From Eledone cirrhosa (Eukaryota): a stretch of DNA of 64,000 bases. Positions within the stretch are counted from its first letter, which is position 1; each line of letters starts with the position of its first letter. Shown here piece after piece: positions 24,455 through 37,280 of the stretch. The notes beneath the pieces are model-generated. The model was not told the origin of the DNA. It saw only the letters and a list, made by a program, of their open reading frames with translations, and did no database searches. A program made the position numbers and the translations under genes. Location of the stretch: the NCBI GenBank assembly GCA_964016885.1, contig OZ024740.1, positions 270,568,001 to 270,632,000 of the forward strand, in the 5' to 3' direction.

Positions 24455-24642
24455 TACACACACACACACACACACAAACACTTACAGAGACACACACGCA
24501 TACAGACACATACGCTAACACACACATACCATACACACACTCATACATACGCACATATGCACACACGCTAACACACACATACACACTTAAACCTATATAT
24601 ATGTATATATATAGAGAGACACACATAATATACATATATAAT

Positions 24643-24688
<46 letters not shown>

Positions 24689-24925
24689 ATATATTATATA
24701 TACACACACACACATATAACACACACCCATATATAAAACACACACACGCACACACATACACACACATATAACACACACACACACACGCATACACACACAC
24801 ATACACACACACATATAACACACACACATATAATATACACACACACACGCATACACACACATATAACACACACACACACATGCATACACACACATATAAC
24901 ACACAGACACATATATATATATATT
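24455..24925. repeat. Compound (CA)/(TA) microsatellite
   Basis: Direct inspection. Confidence 0.95.
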
Positions 24926-24928
24926 ATA

Positions 24929-25127
24929 TGCTCAGCCCCAGTGAGTTGGTTAAAACACCAAAAGCCAGTCTTAAAGTTGTCGTCTGTAAATTCAAAGAAC
25001 TCGGCTGTGTCTCGCTAGATCTCCATGGTAACTACTCCAATGTCGCGCGATCCATGGCTGGGAACGCAGGTGTCACGTGCTGGCCTAGAACGCTGGTTGT
25101 TGGAATCAGTGGTCGACGACATAACAT
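24929..25127. mobile_element. Possible solo-LTR-like insert in (TA)n
   Basis: GC-richer ~200 bp segment starting TG and ending CA between TA tracts. No coding support. Confidence 0.25.
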
Positions 25128-25252
25128 ATATATTATATGTGTGTGGAATAGTATAACTTTTTCTTCGTATTTACTAACATATATATATATATTATATATT
25201 ATATATACATACATTATATATATATATATTATTAATATATTACATACGTACA

Positions 25253-25340
<88 letters not shown>

Positions 25341-25344
<4 letters not shown>

Positions 25345-26140
25345 GAATAATCGAGTATCGAAAAATCGGCGCACGAGTTCACGATAAACAAAATTCGAAA
25401 TGAGCAGCAGAGGGCTCAATAATTCAGATAAATCAGAGCTATAACTATCGTTAAAATACCGACACACATAGAACATGTCTAAAATCAACCATACGACCGA
25501 AAAATTACGATCTGGAAGATTCGGGACACTCAGATAAAATATCAATAAATCAATAAATCAAATGAATGTAAAAAGCATACCCGGACCCGCTAGAAAGATG
25601 GTAAATCTAGCTTCTTGGGTTTCTGTAAATCCTTAAACCGCCCTCTATCAGCCCACATAAAAATATATAAGACTTCTAGAAAGCAGCGGACCGGAATTTA
25701 CTTCCTCAACGAGCTTTTGTCCGAACGAATAAAAAGGCATAACCCAAGTTGAAAAAACGCACATGGAATTCAGCAAGGGAGATAACCTCTATATCCGCAA
25801 AAAATATTCGGGAAAATGTGGAAATACACATATCGAATAAGAGTGCTCAATAGACATGTTAAAATAAACAGGAGCTATTCATCATTTAATAGAATCGACA
25901 AAAAATGAACAATAAAATTAACTGGTCAATAGCTAAGTCTAGAGCTAAATATAGTAGAATAATCGAGTATCGAAAAATCGGCGCACGAGTTCACGATAAA
26001 CAAAATTCGAAATGAGCGGCAGAGGGCTCAATAATTCAGATAAATCAGAGCTATAACTATCGTTAAAATACCGACACACATAGAACATGTCTAAAATCGA
26101 CCATACGACCGAAAAATTACGATCTGGAAGATTCGGGACA
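25341..26140. mobile_element. 800-bp non-coding element with 188-bp terminal direct repeats (25341-25528, 25953-26140)
   Basis: AGTAGAATAATCGAG...GATTCGGGACA is repeated at period 612 with ~2 differences. Flanked by TA runs. Confidence 0.8.
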
Positions 26141-26267
26141 TATATTTAAAATGAAAGATTAAAGTTTAAGCAAAGAATCGCTGCTCTCACCCTTAACGGG
26201 ATCTTCTGAAACTAACCAATATATATATTCCTGGTGATTTCTCAAGAATAAAACAGTTCTAGTCTAT

Positions 26268-26585
26268 ATATATATTACACACACAGAAATGTATATATAT
26301 TTCTGTGTGTGTATATATATATATATATATATTACACACACAGAAATGTATATATATTTCTGTGTGTATATATATATATATATATATTACACACACAGAA
26401 ATGTATATATATTTCTGTGTGTATATATATATATTTCTGTGTGTGTATATATATATATATTACACACACAGAAATGTATATATATTTCTGTGTATATATA
26501 TATATTACACACACAGAAATGCATATATATTTCTGTGTCTGTATATATATATATATTACACACACAGAAATGTATATATATTTCT
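26268..26585. repeat. Palindromic ~50-bp minisatellite, copy 1
   Basis: Unit TTACACACACAGAAAT-GTATATAT-ATTTCTGTGTG(TA)n, ~6 units. Confidence 0.9.
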
Positions 26586-26702
26586 TAGAACAAAATTATT
26601 ATTAATGTTTTGCTGTTCATAACAATTGGAATTGAAAAATTACTTTTGAAATTATTAGTTATTTTACTAATGTTTAGATATGTAAAAATGAAGCAATGTT
26701 TC

Positions 26703-26895
26703 TAATAATTGTTTCTACTTTTGGCACAAGGCCAGAAATTACCCAGTACATTACTGGTACTTTATTTTATCGACCCCGTGAGGATGAAAGGCAAAGTTAA
26801 CCTCGGCGGTATTTGAACTCAGACCGTAAAGGACGTAACTCCATGCTATGAAGCATGGTGTCCGACTCTCTACAGATTCTGCCAATCCACCACCC
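26703..26895 (-). mobile_element. tRNA-derived SINE, family A
   Basis: Homology to 6540-6727. Confidence 0.85.
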
Positions 26896-27932
26896 TAATT
26901 TCTGTACGTAATGAGGGAGTGAGAGGGGAGAGAAAGAAAGGCAGAGGTGAAGTGACGAAGTGACTCTCTCCTCCTCTTCCTCCTCCATCTCCCCATTCGT
27001 CACAGCGATAGAGGGGAGGAATGTTAGTGTGTTACAAAGAGAAAGAGTGAGAGTGAGAGAAACAGACAGACTAAAAGAGAGGGATAGCTGGAGAGAGAGA
27101 GAGAGATAGCAACCACGCGCGCACGTGTTTCCACTGTCGGACAGACAGACAGAGAAATTGCTGGTTATATATTATAAGGAGACTAGCAGAAAACCACTCG
27201 GTGGGTGGTTTTTCTGCTAGCAAATCTAGTGTATATACTGATATTGTTGAGATTTGGATGAGAAATGTTTTCGGCGCCACATGTTCACCGACTCTCGGTG
27301 TGTCTTTTATGCATGTATAAATATATATGTTATCTATACGGTGAAATCTTTGAAATAAATATATGTTAAAACGAAAAAGGAGAAAAAGAGATTAGTGACA
27401 GAATTATAAACGTTATGATATAACGATGGAAATATATAAACGTTTACGATAAAACGATGGAAATAGAAACGTTTATATATAATGATAAGCTGAAACACTC
27501 GTAAGCCGAAACACTCGTAAGTCGAAACACTCGTAAAGTGAAACGTATAAATAAAGATTAATGTAATAAATTTGAAAAGCAGAGAGATTTGAAACCGCGT
27601 CTATTTGTTTCCTTGGCACTTTTTACAGACGGACAGACGGACAGACTGACAAACAAACAGAAATGCCCATTATATATTATAAGTAGACTTGGCATGGTGT
27701 CAAGTCAGAACCGCCTCGAACTGGTTACTTCTGGCTTGTGCAAGGTGTCTCTATAGCAACCAGCGATTCCCTCGGCCTCAGTGACCAAAGTCAGTGCAGA
27801 GCGGAAGGTAATGTTTTTATAGCGACAGTGTTTCTCTTGGTAGTACCAAAGTGGAGAAAGGAAGGGGAAGGTAATATTTCTGTAGCACCTACATTTGAGT
27901 TTTAGGGAAGGACAGACAGACAGACAGACAAA

Positions 27933-27954
27933 CAGAGAAATGCCCATATATTTC

Positions 27955-27993
<39 letters not shown>

Positions 27994-28265
27994 CACACAC
28001 AGAAATGTATATATATTTCTGTGTGTATATATATATATATTACACACACACAAATGTATATATATTTCTGTGTGTATATATATATATTACACACACAGAA
28101 ATGTATATATATTTCTGTGTGTGTATATATATATATATTACACACACAAAAATGTATATATATTTTGGTGTGTATATATATATATTACACACACAGAAAT
28201 GTATATATATTTCTGTGGTGTATATATATATATATTACACACACAGAAATGTATATATATTTCTT
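27933..28265. repeat. Palindromic minisatellite, copy 2 (part of a ~0.9 kb duplication)
   Basis: Same unit. Downstream 28260-28868 matches 26581-27182. Confidence 0.9.
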
Positions 28266-28381
28266 AGAACAAAATTATTATTAATGTTTTGCTGTTCATA
28301 ACAATTGGAATTGAAAAATTACTTTTGAAATTATTAGTTATTTTACTAATGCTTAGATATGTAAAAATGAAGCAATGTTTC

Positions 28382-28576
28382 TAATAATTGTTTCTACTTT
28401 TGGCACAAGGCCAGCAATTACCCAGTACATTACTGGTACTTTATTTTATCGGCCCCGTGAGGATGAAAGGCAAAGTTAACCTCGGCGGTATTTGAACTCA
28501 GACCGTAAAGGGACGTAACTCCATGCTATGAAGCATGGTGTCCGACTCTCTATATATTCTGCCAATCCACCGCCCT
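28382..28576 (-). mobile_element. tRNA-derived SINE, family A (duplicated copy)
   Basis: Homology to 26703-26895, including flanks. Confidence 0.85.
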
Positions 28577-29000
28577 AATGTCTGTACGTAATGAGGGAGT
28601 GAGAGGGGAGAGAAAGAAAGGCAGAGGTGAAGTGACGAAGTGACTCTCTTCCTCCTCCTCCTCCTCCTCCATCTCCCCATTCGTCACAGCGATAGAGGGG
28701 AGGAATGTTAGTGAGTTACAAAGAGAAAGAGTGAGAGTGAGAGAAACAGACAGACTAAAAGAGAGGGATAGCTGGAGAGAGAGAGAGAGAGATAGCAACC
28801 ACGCGCGCACGTGTTTCCACTGTCGGACAGACAGACAGAGAAATTGGTGGTTATTTATTATAAGGAGATATATATATAATTATATATTCGTGTACAGATA
28901 TTTTTGCATACACAATAACAAAATATACATAAACGTATTTATTTCACGAGGCTCAATAAGGATAAATATATATCAAATATATTAGAACCCTAGAGCAAAT

Positions 29001-29027
29001 CCCGAGTAACGCCGGGCCATTCTGCTA

Positions 29028-29028
<1 letters not shown>
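29001..29028 (+). mobile_element. Helitron 3' terminus (hairpin + CTAG)
   Basis: CCCGAGTAACGCCGGG...CTGCTAG|T, same type as the ends at 49636 and 62201. Confidence 0.65.
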
Positions 29029-29110
<82 letters not shown>

Positions 29111-29315
29111 TAGATACAGACTAACTCTACGAAATCAAACATGATTGTCTATTAGATCATATCAAGAGATATTGGTTGGTTTGTGTGCGCAGCTGAATAT
29201 CTTAAAATGGTCCGTTCCGTAATGAATGATCTTTAATCTTTTCCACACATAATCGCGTGCACATACACATACACACACGGATGGATGTGGGAGTGGCGGG
29301 CGATATGCTTTGTTG

Positions 29316-29553
29316 TATTGGGTCGTCAAGTATGAAATTTGTAGAAATTTATAGGAAAAAAACAAATTTCTACAAATTTCATACTTGACAATCCAATATT
29401 TTATCCGGCATTTTATGTTCTGAGATGCCGGATAAAATATTGGATTGTCAAGTATGAAATTTGTAGAAATTTGTTTTTTTTTCCTATAAATTTCTACAAA
29501 TTTCATACTTGACAATCCAATATTTTATCCGGCATTTTATGTTCTGAGATGCC
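29316..29553. repeat. Nested palindromes derived from a miniature TIR element (related copy 33428-33508)
   Basis: GTCAAGTATGAAATTTGTAGAAAT and ATTTCTACAAATTTCATACTTGAC occur twice, separated by the hairpin CCAATATTTTATCCGGCAT...ATGCCGGATAAAATATTGG. Confidence 0.8.
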
Positions 29554-29687
29554 TTCACGTCAAGCTGGATTTTACAATTCATCCTTTCTTCCTACTTTAG
29601 ATTCTGGACACAAATTCTACTACAGTTTCTCAAATATTTTTGGTGAATTTATAATATTGAATCTGGTTATTATAAAAGTCTGCGTTA

Positions 29688-29835
29688 GGGCCACCTTCCT
29701 ACTCACCACCATAGGCGCTGAGCTGGCCAGAGGCAGGTGTGAGCCCCGCGAGTTGGAGTAGCTTTTCCAGCGCGTCTCCCTTGCCGTCCTCCGGGGAAAC
29801 GCCTTCTCCATTCTGTCCGCCTGGGCTGTGGGGGT
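29688..29835 (+). mobile_element. CRE-clade 3' fragment
   Basis: ATFLLTTIGAELARGRCEPRELE*LFQRVSLAVLRGNA, homologous to 35987-36130. Confidence 0.7.
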
Positions 29836-30186
29836 CCCCATCATGTATCATTCCACTGAATCAAGTAATATTAAAGTTAAACAATTATGTCTATATTTTG
29901 GTAATGCTATTTTACATTAAAGAGTTCGGAAACATGGAAGATAACTCTAATCCCATTTAATTGACACTTAAACAAGTGGTAGTGGTGGTTGGTGATATGG
30001 ATGATATTCATTTTTTTTTTTCTAACATTAACACATACAAATTAATATCCAGAAAAATGGCATCCAATAAAAACAAAACACACAACGAAAGGGAAGAGAG
30101 GAATAAAGGAAAGAAGGATCAAGCAGCGACAAAAAGGATAGGAGAGGAACAATAAGCTTCCATTTATCTCTTGAATTTTAAATCAT

Positions 30187-30378
30187 TGTTTGTTTCTACT
30201 TTGGCACAAGGCCAGCAATTGTACCAGTGCATTACTGGTACTTTATTTTATAGACCTCGTAAGGATGAAAGGCAAAGTTAACCTCGGCGGGATTTGAACT
30301 CAGACCCCAAAGGGGCATAACTCTATGCTGCAAAGCATGACGTCCGACCCTCTGCTGATATTGCCAATCCACCGCCCT
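30187..30378 (-). mobile_element. tRNA-derived SINE, family A
   Basis: Homology to 6540-6727. Confidence 0.85.
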
Positions 30379-30812
30379 AAATCATTGTTGTTTCTCTCTT
30401 TATAACAGAACCATACTGTCCTATTTAGGGTAGCTATTGTAATGCATTTTAAATTATTTTTCAGGTGTTTGGAATAAAAGAATAGAATAAAACATATTTT
30501 CAAATATCCAAAATAGAATCATATAAGTAAAGAAAATGAAATTTTAATACGAAATTTTGATATCTACGATATTATTTTTATGCTTCGTTTTATATTTTAT
30601 AAATATAAAGAAGTGTGCAAGTGTTACATTCCCTTTTTTAGGTGGTTATATGATGATGCCATAATATAGCACGTCTAAAAGATATCTTCTTGGTTTACTC
30701 TACTTCACATTCTAAAGTATTTTAACCCAATAGGCTTGAAAGAAATCAAGTCCAAGCAAGAGATATCAAGACAAAAGTGTAAAGTTAATGGTAGAAATCG
30801 TGTTCTCTAATA

Positions 30813-31000
30813 CAGGCATGTCAAACTGAGGGTCCCCCGAGGGTCACATAGATCACATATGTGTTGTCTGAGGGCCACACATGACAACTAATTGCCAACA
30901 TTACAACTAATATTTGTTATTTTAGATTACGCTCGCACTATAAAAACTTGCATGCGGGCAGCAGATGTGCTTGTAAAGGGCTACATGTTTGACATGCCTG
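30813..31000. mobile_element. hAT-type MITE, 188 bp
   Basis: TIRs CAGGCATGTCAAAC / GTTTGACATGCCTG and a perfect 8-bp TSD CTCTAATA (30805-30812, 31001-31008). Confidence 0.9.
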
Positions 31001-31380
31001 CTCTAATACACCGTCCGTCTCTTCAAGAGGATAGAGAAGACGTGAGAAAAAATACAAGCACCTTACAATATGACTTTATTACTATCAAGTTCATTTGCAT
31101 AGTGGTGACAACCGTTAAATATTAACTAATAAGTTATTAGAGAAGGAAAATTTAATTATTTGATATACAGACGTTTCTTCTCTGTATCAAAAGACTGTTC
31201 GAAAATGATCAATGACTTCGATATTTATTTAGTGTTGTTGATAGCTTGACGTATAAGTTCTTTGTTTCGTTCCACCAAAACATAATGTTTTAACAAACAG
31301 GAAGGATCTTGATAACCATTTCAAACGTACATATACCGCTATTGTCAAATATTTTATTTTATGATAGCATTATATACAAG

Positions 31381-31500
31381 TGAAGGCGCATGGCTGAGTG
31401 GTTAGAGAATTAGATTCACAATCGTGAGGTTGTAAGTTCGATTCCCGGACCGGCGATGCGTTATGTCCTTGGGAAAGACACTTTATTTCACGTTGCTCCT
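31381..31500 (+). mobile_element. tRNA-derived SINE, family B (5' part)
   Basis: A-box TGGCTGAGTGG and B-box AGTTCGATTCCC, followed by TGTCCTTGGGAAAGACACTT. No tRNA 3' acceptor stem. Confidence 0.75.
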
Positions 31501-31649
31501 TCTACCTGGAGTAGCGACCGATAGAATGTATTGGCAATTAGAAAGACCAATGGCAACATTGTTTCCTCGGTCCGATTTGACGAAAATCGATTGACTGTTG
31601 ATTATATACTATTAAAGTAATGGAGTAAATGCTTTAATGATGTATATAA

Positions 31650-31980
31650 TAGTCGGTCACCGTCGAGAGCTCAGGCGTACTTGGACCCCGTATTGCCGAG
31701 CTCCTCCGCAACATTGGAACGTCAGCGGCCCGCCTAAGGTGGAGGCGGCATGCGAGGTGGAGGTGGCTGTTGCAGCGGGTATCACTGGCCATTGTCCGCG
31801 GGAATGCTTTTGCGGTCTTGTCAGTGGAGCGCAGCCCTAATACCGCTGGGCCCTAGTCCCAGAGCCCATCGTCCACCCCTTCTACTGATCATTCTTCTGT
31901 AACACAAGAGCTCTTGCCTTTGCCTTCCTTTTCCATTTTTATATTTTCTTGTTTTACGTTCCATTCTTTCTTCTAAATCC
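31650..31980 (+). mobile_element. CRE-clade 3' fragment
   Basis: VTVESSGVLGP...WLLQRVSLAIVRGNA, homologous to 7180-7460. Confidence 0.7.
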
Positions 31981-32349
31981 ACTATTAAATGTCCACAAAT
32001 TTCGTCATATATTTGTTACCTGGTCACAGACACCGTTTCTCTACATCTGCTGAAAATCAGTGAATGGTAACTTCTTACAAGCCGTTGGGGGAAAGAAAGC
32101 TCCTCAACAGCTTATAAATTCTGGTAAGCAGCTGAATTTCAACAGATGCAGTGGGATTTTGTCAATGACAAATTATTTCCCACTCTAGTTTATAGTATAT
32201 AAGATGGTTATAAACTTAAGCTAGAGAGAATATCTCTATAAATATCTATTTAAACAGCTATCAAGTTCCCCTAACGATGAATTTATTTAAATTTCGTTAC
32301 ACAATCGAGGATTAAATAACTCGTTAAACAGGCACAACTCTGACCTAAG

Positions 32350-32415
<66 letters not shown>

Positions 32416-32804
32416 GGGGGGGTATAACTCAATGCAGCCTTGAAGAGGTTGTTTCAACGAGATTAGGGGGGGAGAAAGCTATAGTTTTTGTAGTAGATTC
32501 TCATTGCCTAAGATTCTCTCAAAATTCTACTCGAGCTACAGAGTCATTTATATATATTTGTGTCTACTGAACAATGAAAATAAAATATAAGTCGAAGATA
32601 GGTCCTTACTTAGTTCATTCTTTTACGATCGTTTCATAGGGTTGATTGATCATGGTAAATCGGTATATTGATTAAAAGGTAGTGGTTATGTCCTGGAGTC
32701 TCCCACAATAATGGGACATATTTTATTATGTATTTATGTTACTGTACTTTCTGCATTCTATAAATAAGTAAGCGAGTAAGTAAGTGAGTGAGTAAGTGAG
32801 TGAG

Positions 32805-33270
32805 TGAGTTACTTTGCTGGGTCTTCCCATCCCTCATCCTCTGCAGTCTTCTGCAGGAGCTTTCACATCCCCCCAGCTCAGCTCTTCCACATTTCGATAC
32901 TTCAGGACTGTCTTCTTCGATGTTGTTAATTGGCGTCTGCGTTTCCGTTTTCCTCCTTCTGGCTTCCATTCAAGGGATAGCCTTGCATGTCTTGTTGATA
33001 GCATTTTAAAGACATGTCTAAGAAATCTCAGTCGACAATCTTTCACTGTGATGCTTAGAGGTTTCTTCTTGATTCTCCCATAGACTTCTTCATTGGTTAT
33101 TTTGTTTTGTCGAGAGATGTTAAGAATTTTTCTGAGGCACATCTGGTGGATACATCTAGCTTGTGGACAAGTCCTGCTGTCATCTTCCATGTTTCACTGG
33201 CATAAGTGGCAACTGGGATGACCAGAAAATTCTATACATGGTCAGCATAAATATTTCTTCACCAGATCCC
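32805..33270 (-). mobile_element. RTE-clade LINE 3' relic
   Basis: HQMCLRKILNISRQNKITNEEVY...RLRFLRHV...WKPEGGKRKR, with a (TAAG/TGAG)n tail at ~32765-32810. Confidence 0.75.
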
Positions 33271-33687
33271 TCACTATGTTTAGTCTTTATATTCTTTAAA
33301 AAGTGTTACGGCCAACCACTGTATTAAATTAATGCTAATAAGCTTGCGGCAAAATGCTTCTCATTTGTTCATACACTCAGAACATTTTCTATTTCCTCCA
33401 TCATTCAACTTCATCTTTTGTTAATTAATATGGTCGTCAAGTATTAAATTTAGAGAAATTTGTTTTGTCTACAAATTTCTACATATTTCATACTTGATGA
33501 CCCAATATTTGTAAAAAAACAAAACAACAAATATGAAAACACTCGTAACACCGTGATATCTCAGGCAGGGGTGGATTAAGCTTGTATTGAACTCCTGGTT
33601 GAAAATGTCATCGGGTCTATTAAGTCAAACTGAATTAAATTCATATTATTTATGGTAGTAAAAAAGTTAATTTAGGATCTTTTAAAT

Positions 33688-33877
33688 ATTATTTCTACTT
33701 TTGGCACAAGACCAACAATTACGCCAGTACAATACTGGTACTTTATTTTATCGACCCCATAAGGATGAAAGGCAAAGTTAACCTCGGCGGGATTTGAACT
33801 CAGATCATAAAGGGCCGTAACTCTATGTTGCAAAGCATGGCGTCTGACTCTTTACCGATACTGCCAATCCACCGCCC
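33688..33877 (-). mobile_element. tRNA-derived SINE, family A
   Basis: Homology to 6540-6727. Confidence 0.85.
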
Positions 33878-34397
33878 ATATAACTAATGCAGGATCGCTG
33901 GCTACAGCAAGGTCACCCACACACCCTACATAGTCCACCACTGCTTCTCAGAAAGAAACAACAGTTATGTTTACTGGATGGCGTTGGCAAGCTAATATAT
34001 TATGTTGTGCAGCGATTATACTTCCGAACTGGCAAGATGTTCAAAGTTTGCGCTTACAGATAGGGTCGCATGTATCTCTGAAAGTTCATAACCTGAACGA
34101 TCTTAACTTGTAAAGTGTCTGTATATATTTTAAAATAGATAAATATACATACATGCAGTAAACTTTGTACGAATTTATTTGATGTAACAAGACAAGAAAT
34201 TTTAATCAAATAAAATTACACCTCTGGTGATGCAAGCAACCATTTCCCAAATGATTAATTCTGGTTAAGAAATGCAAGGGAAAAGCTAGGGTGTAAGTCT
34301 GCTCATTAGCAGTAATGTGATAACCCTGAACGTATTTTGGTCTCAGTTAAATATGGTCAAACCGTTAGAATAGATCTTAGGAGACAAGAGAATTATA

Positions 34398-34475
34398 ATC
34401 GACGGTCGGTTGTAAAGTTCAGAGACTGACCAAGATACTCTCATGGAATGATCAAATGGGGTTTATTTTTCAACA
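34398..34475 (+). mobile_element. Mariner-type TIR remnant
   Basis: AAAGTTCAGAGACTGACCAAGATACTCTCATGGAATGATCAAATGGGGTTTATTTTTCAACAA. Reverse-complement copies at 41910-41975 and 57901-57972. Confidence 0.55.
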
Positions 34476-34544
34476 AGATTCACAGCTCTAGCAGCATCAA
34501 ACCTTCATAGTTGTTGGCATGCTTGTCGTATCAAGGATGCACCT

Positions 34545-36135
34545 TGCTGCTAACACCGTCATAACTTCAGCCACTGGTGTCCAACAAGGTGGCCGTTTGG
34601 GCCCCATCGCCTTTGCCCTCGGTATAGACCACATTGCTAGGAACATCACGGCCTATTTCAACGTTTGCTACATGGATGATGCCATGATGGGCGGGCCCGT
34701 GGGGACTGTCTGCCATGACCTGCAATCGCTGGTTGCTGCTCTGGCGAGAATCGGCCTCACGGTCAACACGTCCAAATTGGAGGTGGTGAATGCCGACTAC
34801 GATGGAGAGGGCTTTGCAGCTTCCGTCTCGGACGTGCAATCCCTTGTCCGTCAGGTGCAGGTGACCCCGAAAGAGGATGTCCTCATACTCGGGTCACCGA
34901 CCTTCCATCAGGTCCAGGCTCCACCATCTCACGACCCTCATAAGTGGACTGGGTATGATTGACGTCCAACCATCCTTCTTCCTGTTGAGGAACTGCTTAG
35001 CAATACTGAAGCTCCTCTACACACTACGTAACGCTCCTTGCTACAGCGACGCAACCCTCCTCACTGACATCGATTCTTGTATCCGAGCGGCAGCTGCGGA
35101 GATATGCAACGTCAGGTTTGTGACCTTAGATGGCCACCTTACCTGTTAGAAATGTTGGCCTTGGCCTCCGGTCTCCGGTCTCACTGGCTTTTCCGGCGTT
35201 TCATTCGTCGGTAACCTCTTGCCGCGTCCTCATCAACAGGGTTCTCCTAAACACAATGGAACCGACTATGATTGAGGAACGTGAGGCCGCCTGAGAGACT
35301 TGGAACCGGCTTGGATTTCACCAAGTAGACATCCCTTCTTCTCTTCCCCCTGTTAACATCAAATTCCCCGAGAGCATATGGGATGACATCCACTGCAACA
35401 TGGCCTCGGACAAGCTAGCGTGCCAGCTCGACCAGCACCACCTCGCATGTTTTGGCTCGGCCTCGCAACGCCACAGCAGTGCCTGACTCAATGCCTTACC
35501 CTCCTTTTCAAATGACACGCAGCTGGATAATGATAGCCTGCGAATTGAGGTTTTCCTGGGACTCGGCCTCCGGATCTGCAAACTACAGAAATGCCGCTGC
35601 GGATCCACCCTATTCTCTTTCGGGCTCCACCTGCTGTTTTACAACTACAGTGCTGGCCGCCTCCTACACCATGCTGCTCTCAACGAGGTCATCAAGCATG
35701 GCTTGCATGCTACAGGCTTCCCCTCCCTGCTTGACCCAGGGCTGGACCTAGGGGACGGCAGAAGGCCAGACGGCATGGCCATCTTCTCGTTCGGCGGTAG
35801 TAAACTCCTCATCTGTAATGCAACATGCAGCGACACATTCTCCAGCTGCAACGTGGTGCAGTCTGCGACTAACCCAGGCTGTGCTGAACCTCGGGCTGAG
35901 GAGGGCAGACTCTCCAAATATCGATCGCTCACCGACAGGTTTGTAGTCGAGCCTATGCCAGTGGAGACTTCTGGCGCCCTTGACTCTAGGGCCACCTACC
36001 TGCTCACCACCATCAGCACAGAGTTGGCTACCCACAAGTGTGAGCCTCGCTAGCTCGAATGGCTCTTCCAGCGCGCCTCCCTCTTCTTCCTCCTGGAAAT
36101 GCCTTCTTTATTCTGTCCGCTGGGGCCACGGGGCA
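34545..36135 (+). mobile_element. 5'-truncated degenerate CRE-clade non-LTR retrotransposon (RT + CCHC + RLE)
   Basis: SATGVQQGGRLGPIAFALGI, CYMDD, LLRNCLAILKLLYTLR, CRCG, DGRRPDG, VEPMPVETSGAL. Many frameshifts. Confidence 0.85.
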
Positions 36136-36647
36136 GCCAGCGCGTGGGCCCCCATTTGCTTTCAATGGTGAGAGATGGGGAGAGCGGCAGAGACGGAGGT
36201 AGTGACAGTGGGAGTTTAGTTCTTTTGTGTTCGGACCTGGTGTATATATGCATATATATATATACACATATCTATGTATGTATGTTCAATGCACGCATAT
36301 ACATACAAAGATATTAATTTATTTTTTATGTAAAGAATTAAAGAAATCAATCGTTTAAAAAAAATTAACAGAATGGCTTGAATGAAATATTTATAAATTC
36401 TAATACAGATACTTACGCCAATTTGGTTAATGTTTACACTAAGTTAATTTATTAATTAAATATAGGATTTTTTTAAAATAACAGCAACTTTTTAGTGATT
36501 AATTTTATCGTCTCCTCAGAATGTTACATAAATCATTTATGTATAAAAAACATATACGTGGAATTTTAATTATTGTGTTTTAGAGGTTAATATTTATTTC
36601 AATAAAAGGTTGAATATTTTTACAATTTTACTATCGGAACACTGATA

Positions 36648-36960
36648 GGTGGCGAATTGAGTGTCGTTAAAATGTTGGATAAAATGATTGACTGTATTCC
36701 TTCCGGGTTTTTTCAATGTCAACTTTGCTTTTCGTTGTTTCGTGGAGGATAAAAATATACCAGTTTAGTACTGAGGTCGATTCTTCCGCTATACTTCTTT
36801 CTCACTTCCTAGCTATCAGTCTCCTTCTCTGGAAGAAATGGGCTGTGTTCAGAACTGAAGATTGATGGGGGCTGCCAGGTTTTTTAAATGCCTAAGAAAC
36901 CTTGTATATCATTACGACACTCCCAAGACTCCACCAGAATTTACGAATCCATGTATAGAT
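36648..36960 (+). mobile_element. tRNA-derived SINE, family A variant with long tail
   Basis: Homologous to 58672-59005 and 51544-51795. Confidence 0.6.
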
Positions 36961-36967
36961 ACATCGT

Positions 36968-37185
36968 AATAATGATTTCTAATATAGGCAGAAAGCCAGT
37001 AGTTTGGGGGGAGGAGAAAGTAGATTAAATCGACCCCAGTACGTTACTGGTGATTTATTTTATCGACCCCATAAGTATGAAAGGCAAAATTAACATCGGC
37101 GGGATTTGAACTCAGACCGTAAAGGACCGTAACTCTATGCTGCAAACCATGGTGTCCGACTCTACCGATACTGCCAACAGATCCA
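36968..37185 (-). mobile_element. tRNA-derived SINE, family A (longer variant)
   Basis: Homology to 6540-6727 and 40945-41258. Confidence 0.8.
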
Positions 37186-37280
37186 CAGCTGTACTGCATA
37201 CAAATAGGAACGAAGGTCTCCCCAATTTTATGAAACCTACCGGTACATTTCATAAAGTATTTTAAAGAAATACTATTATT

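Noticed and set aside
31385-31455. tRNA gene (also 42440-42510)
   Set aside because: A/B boxes are present but the sequence continues into a SINE body and lacks a proper acceptor stem.
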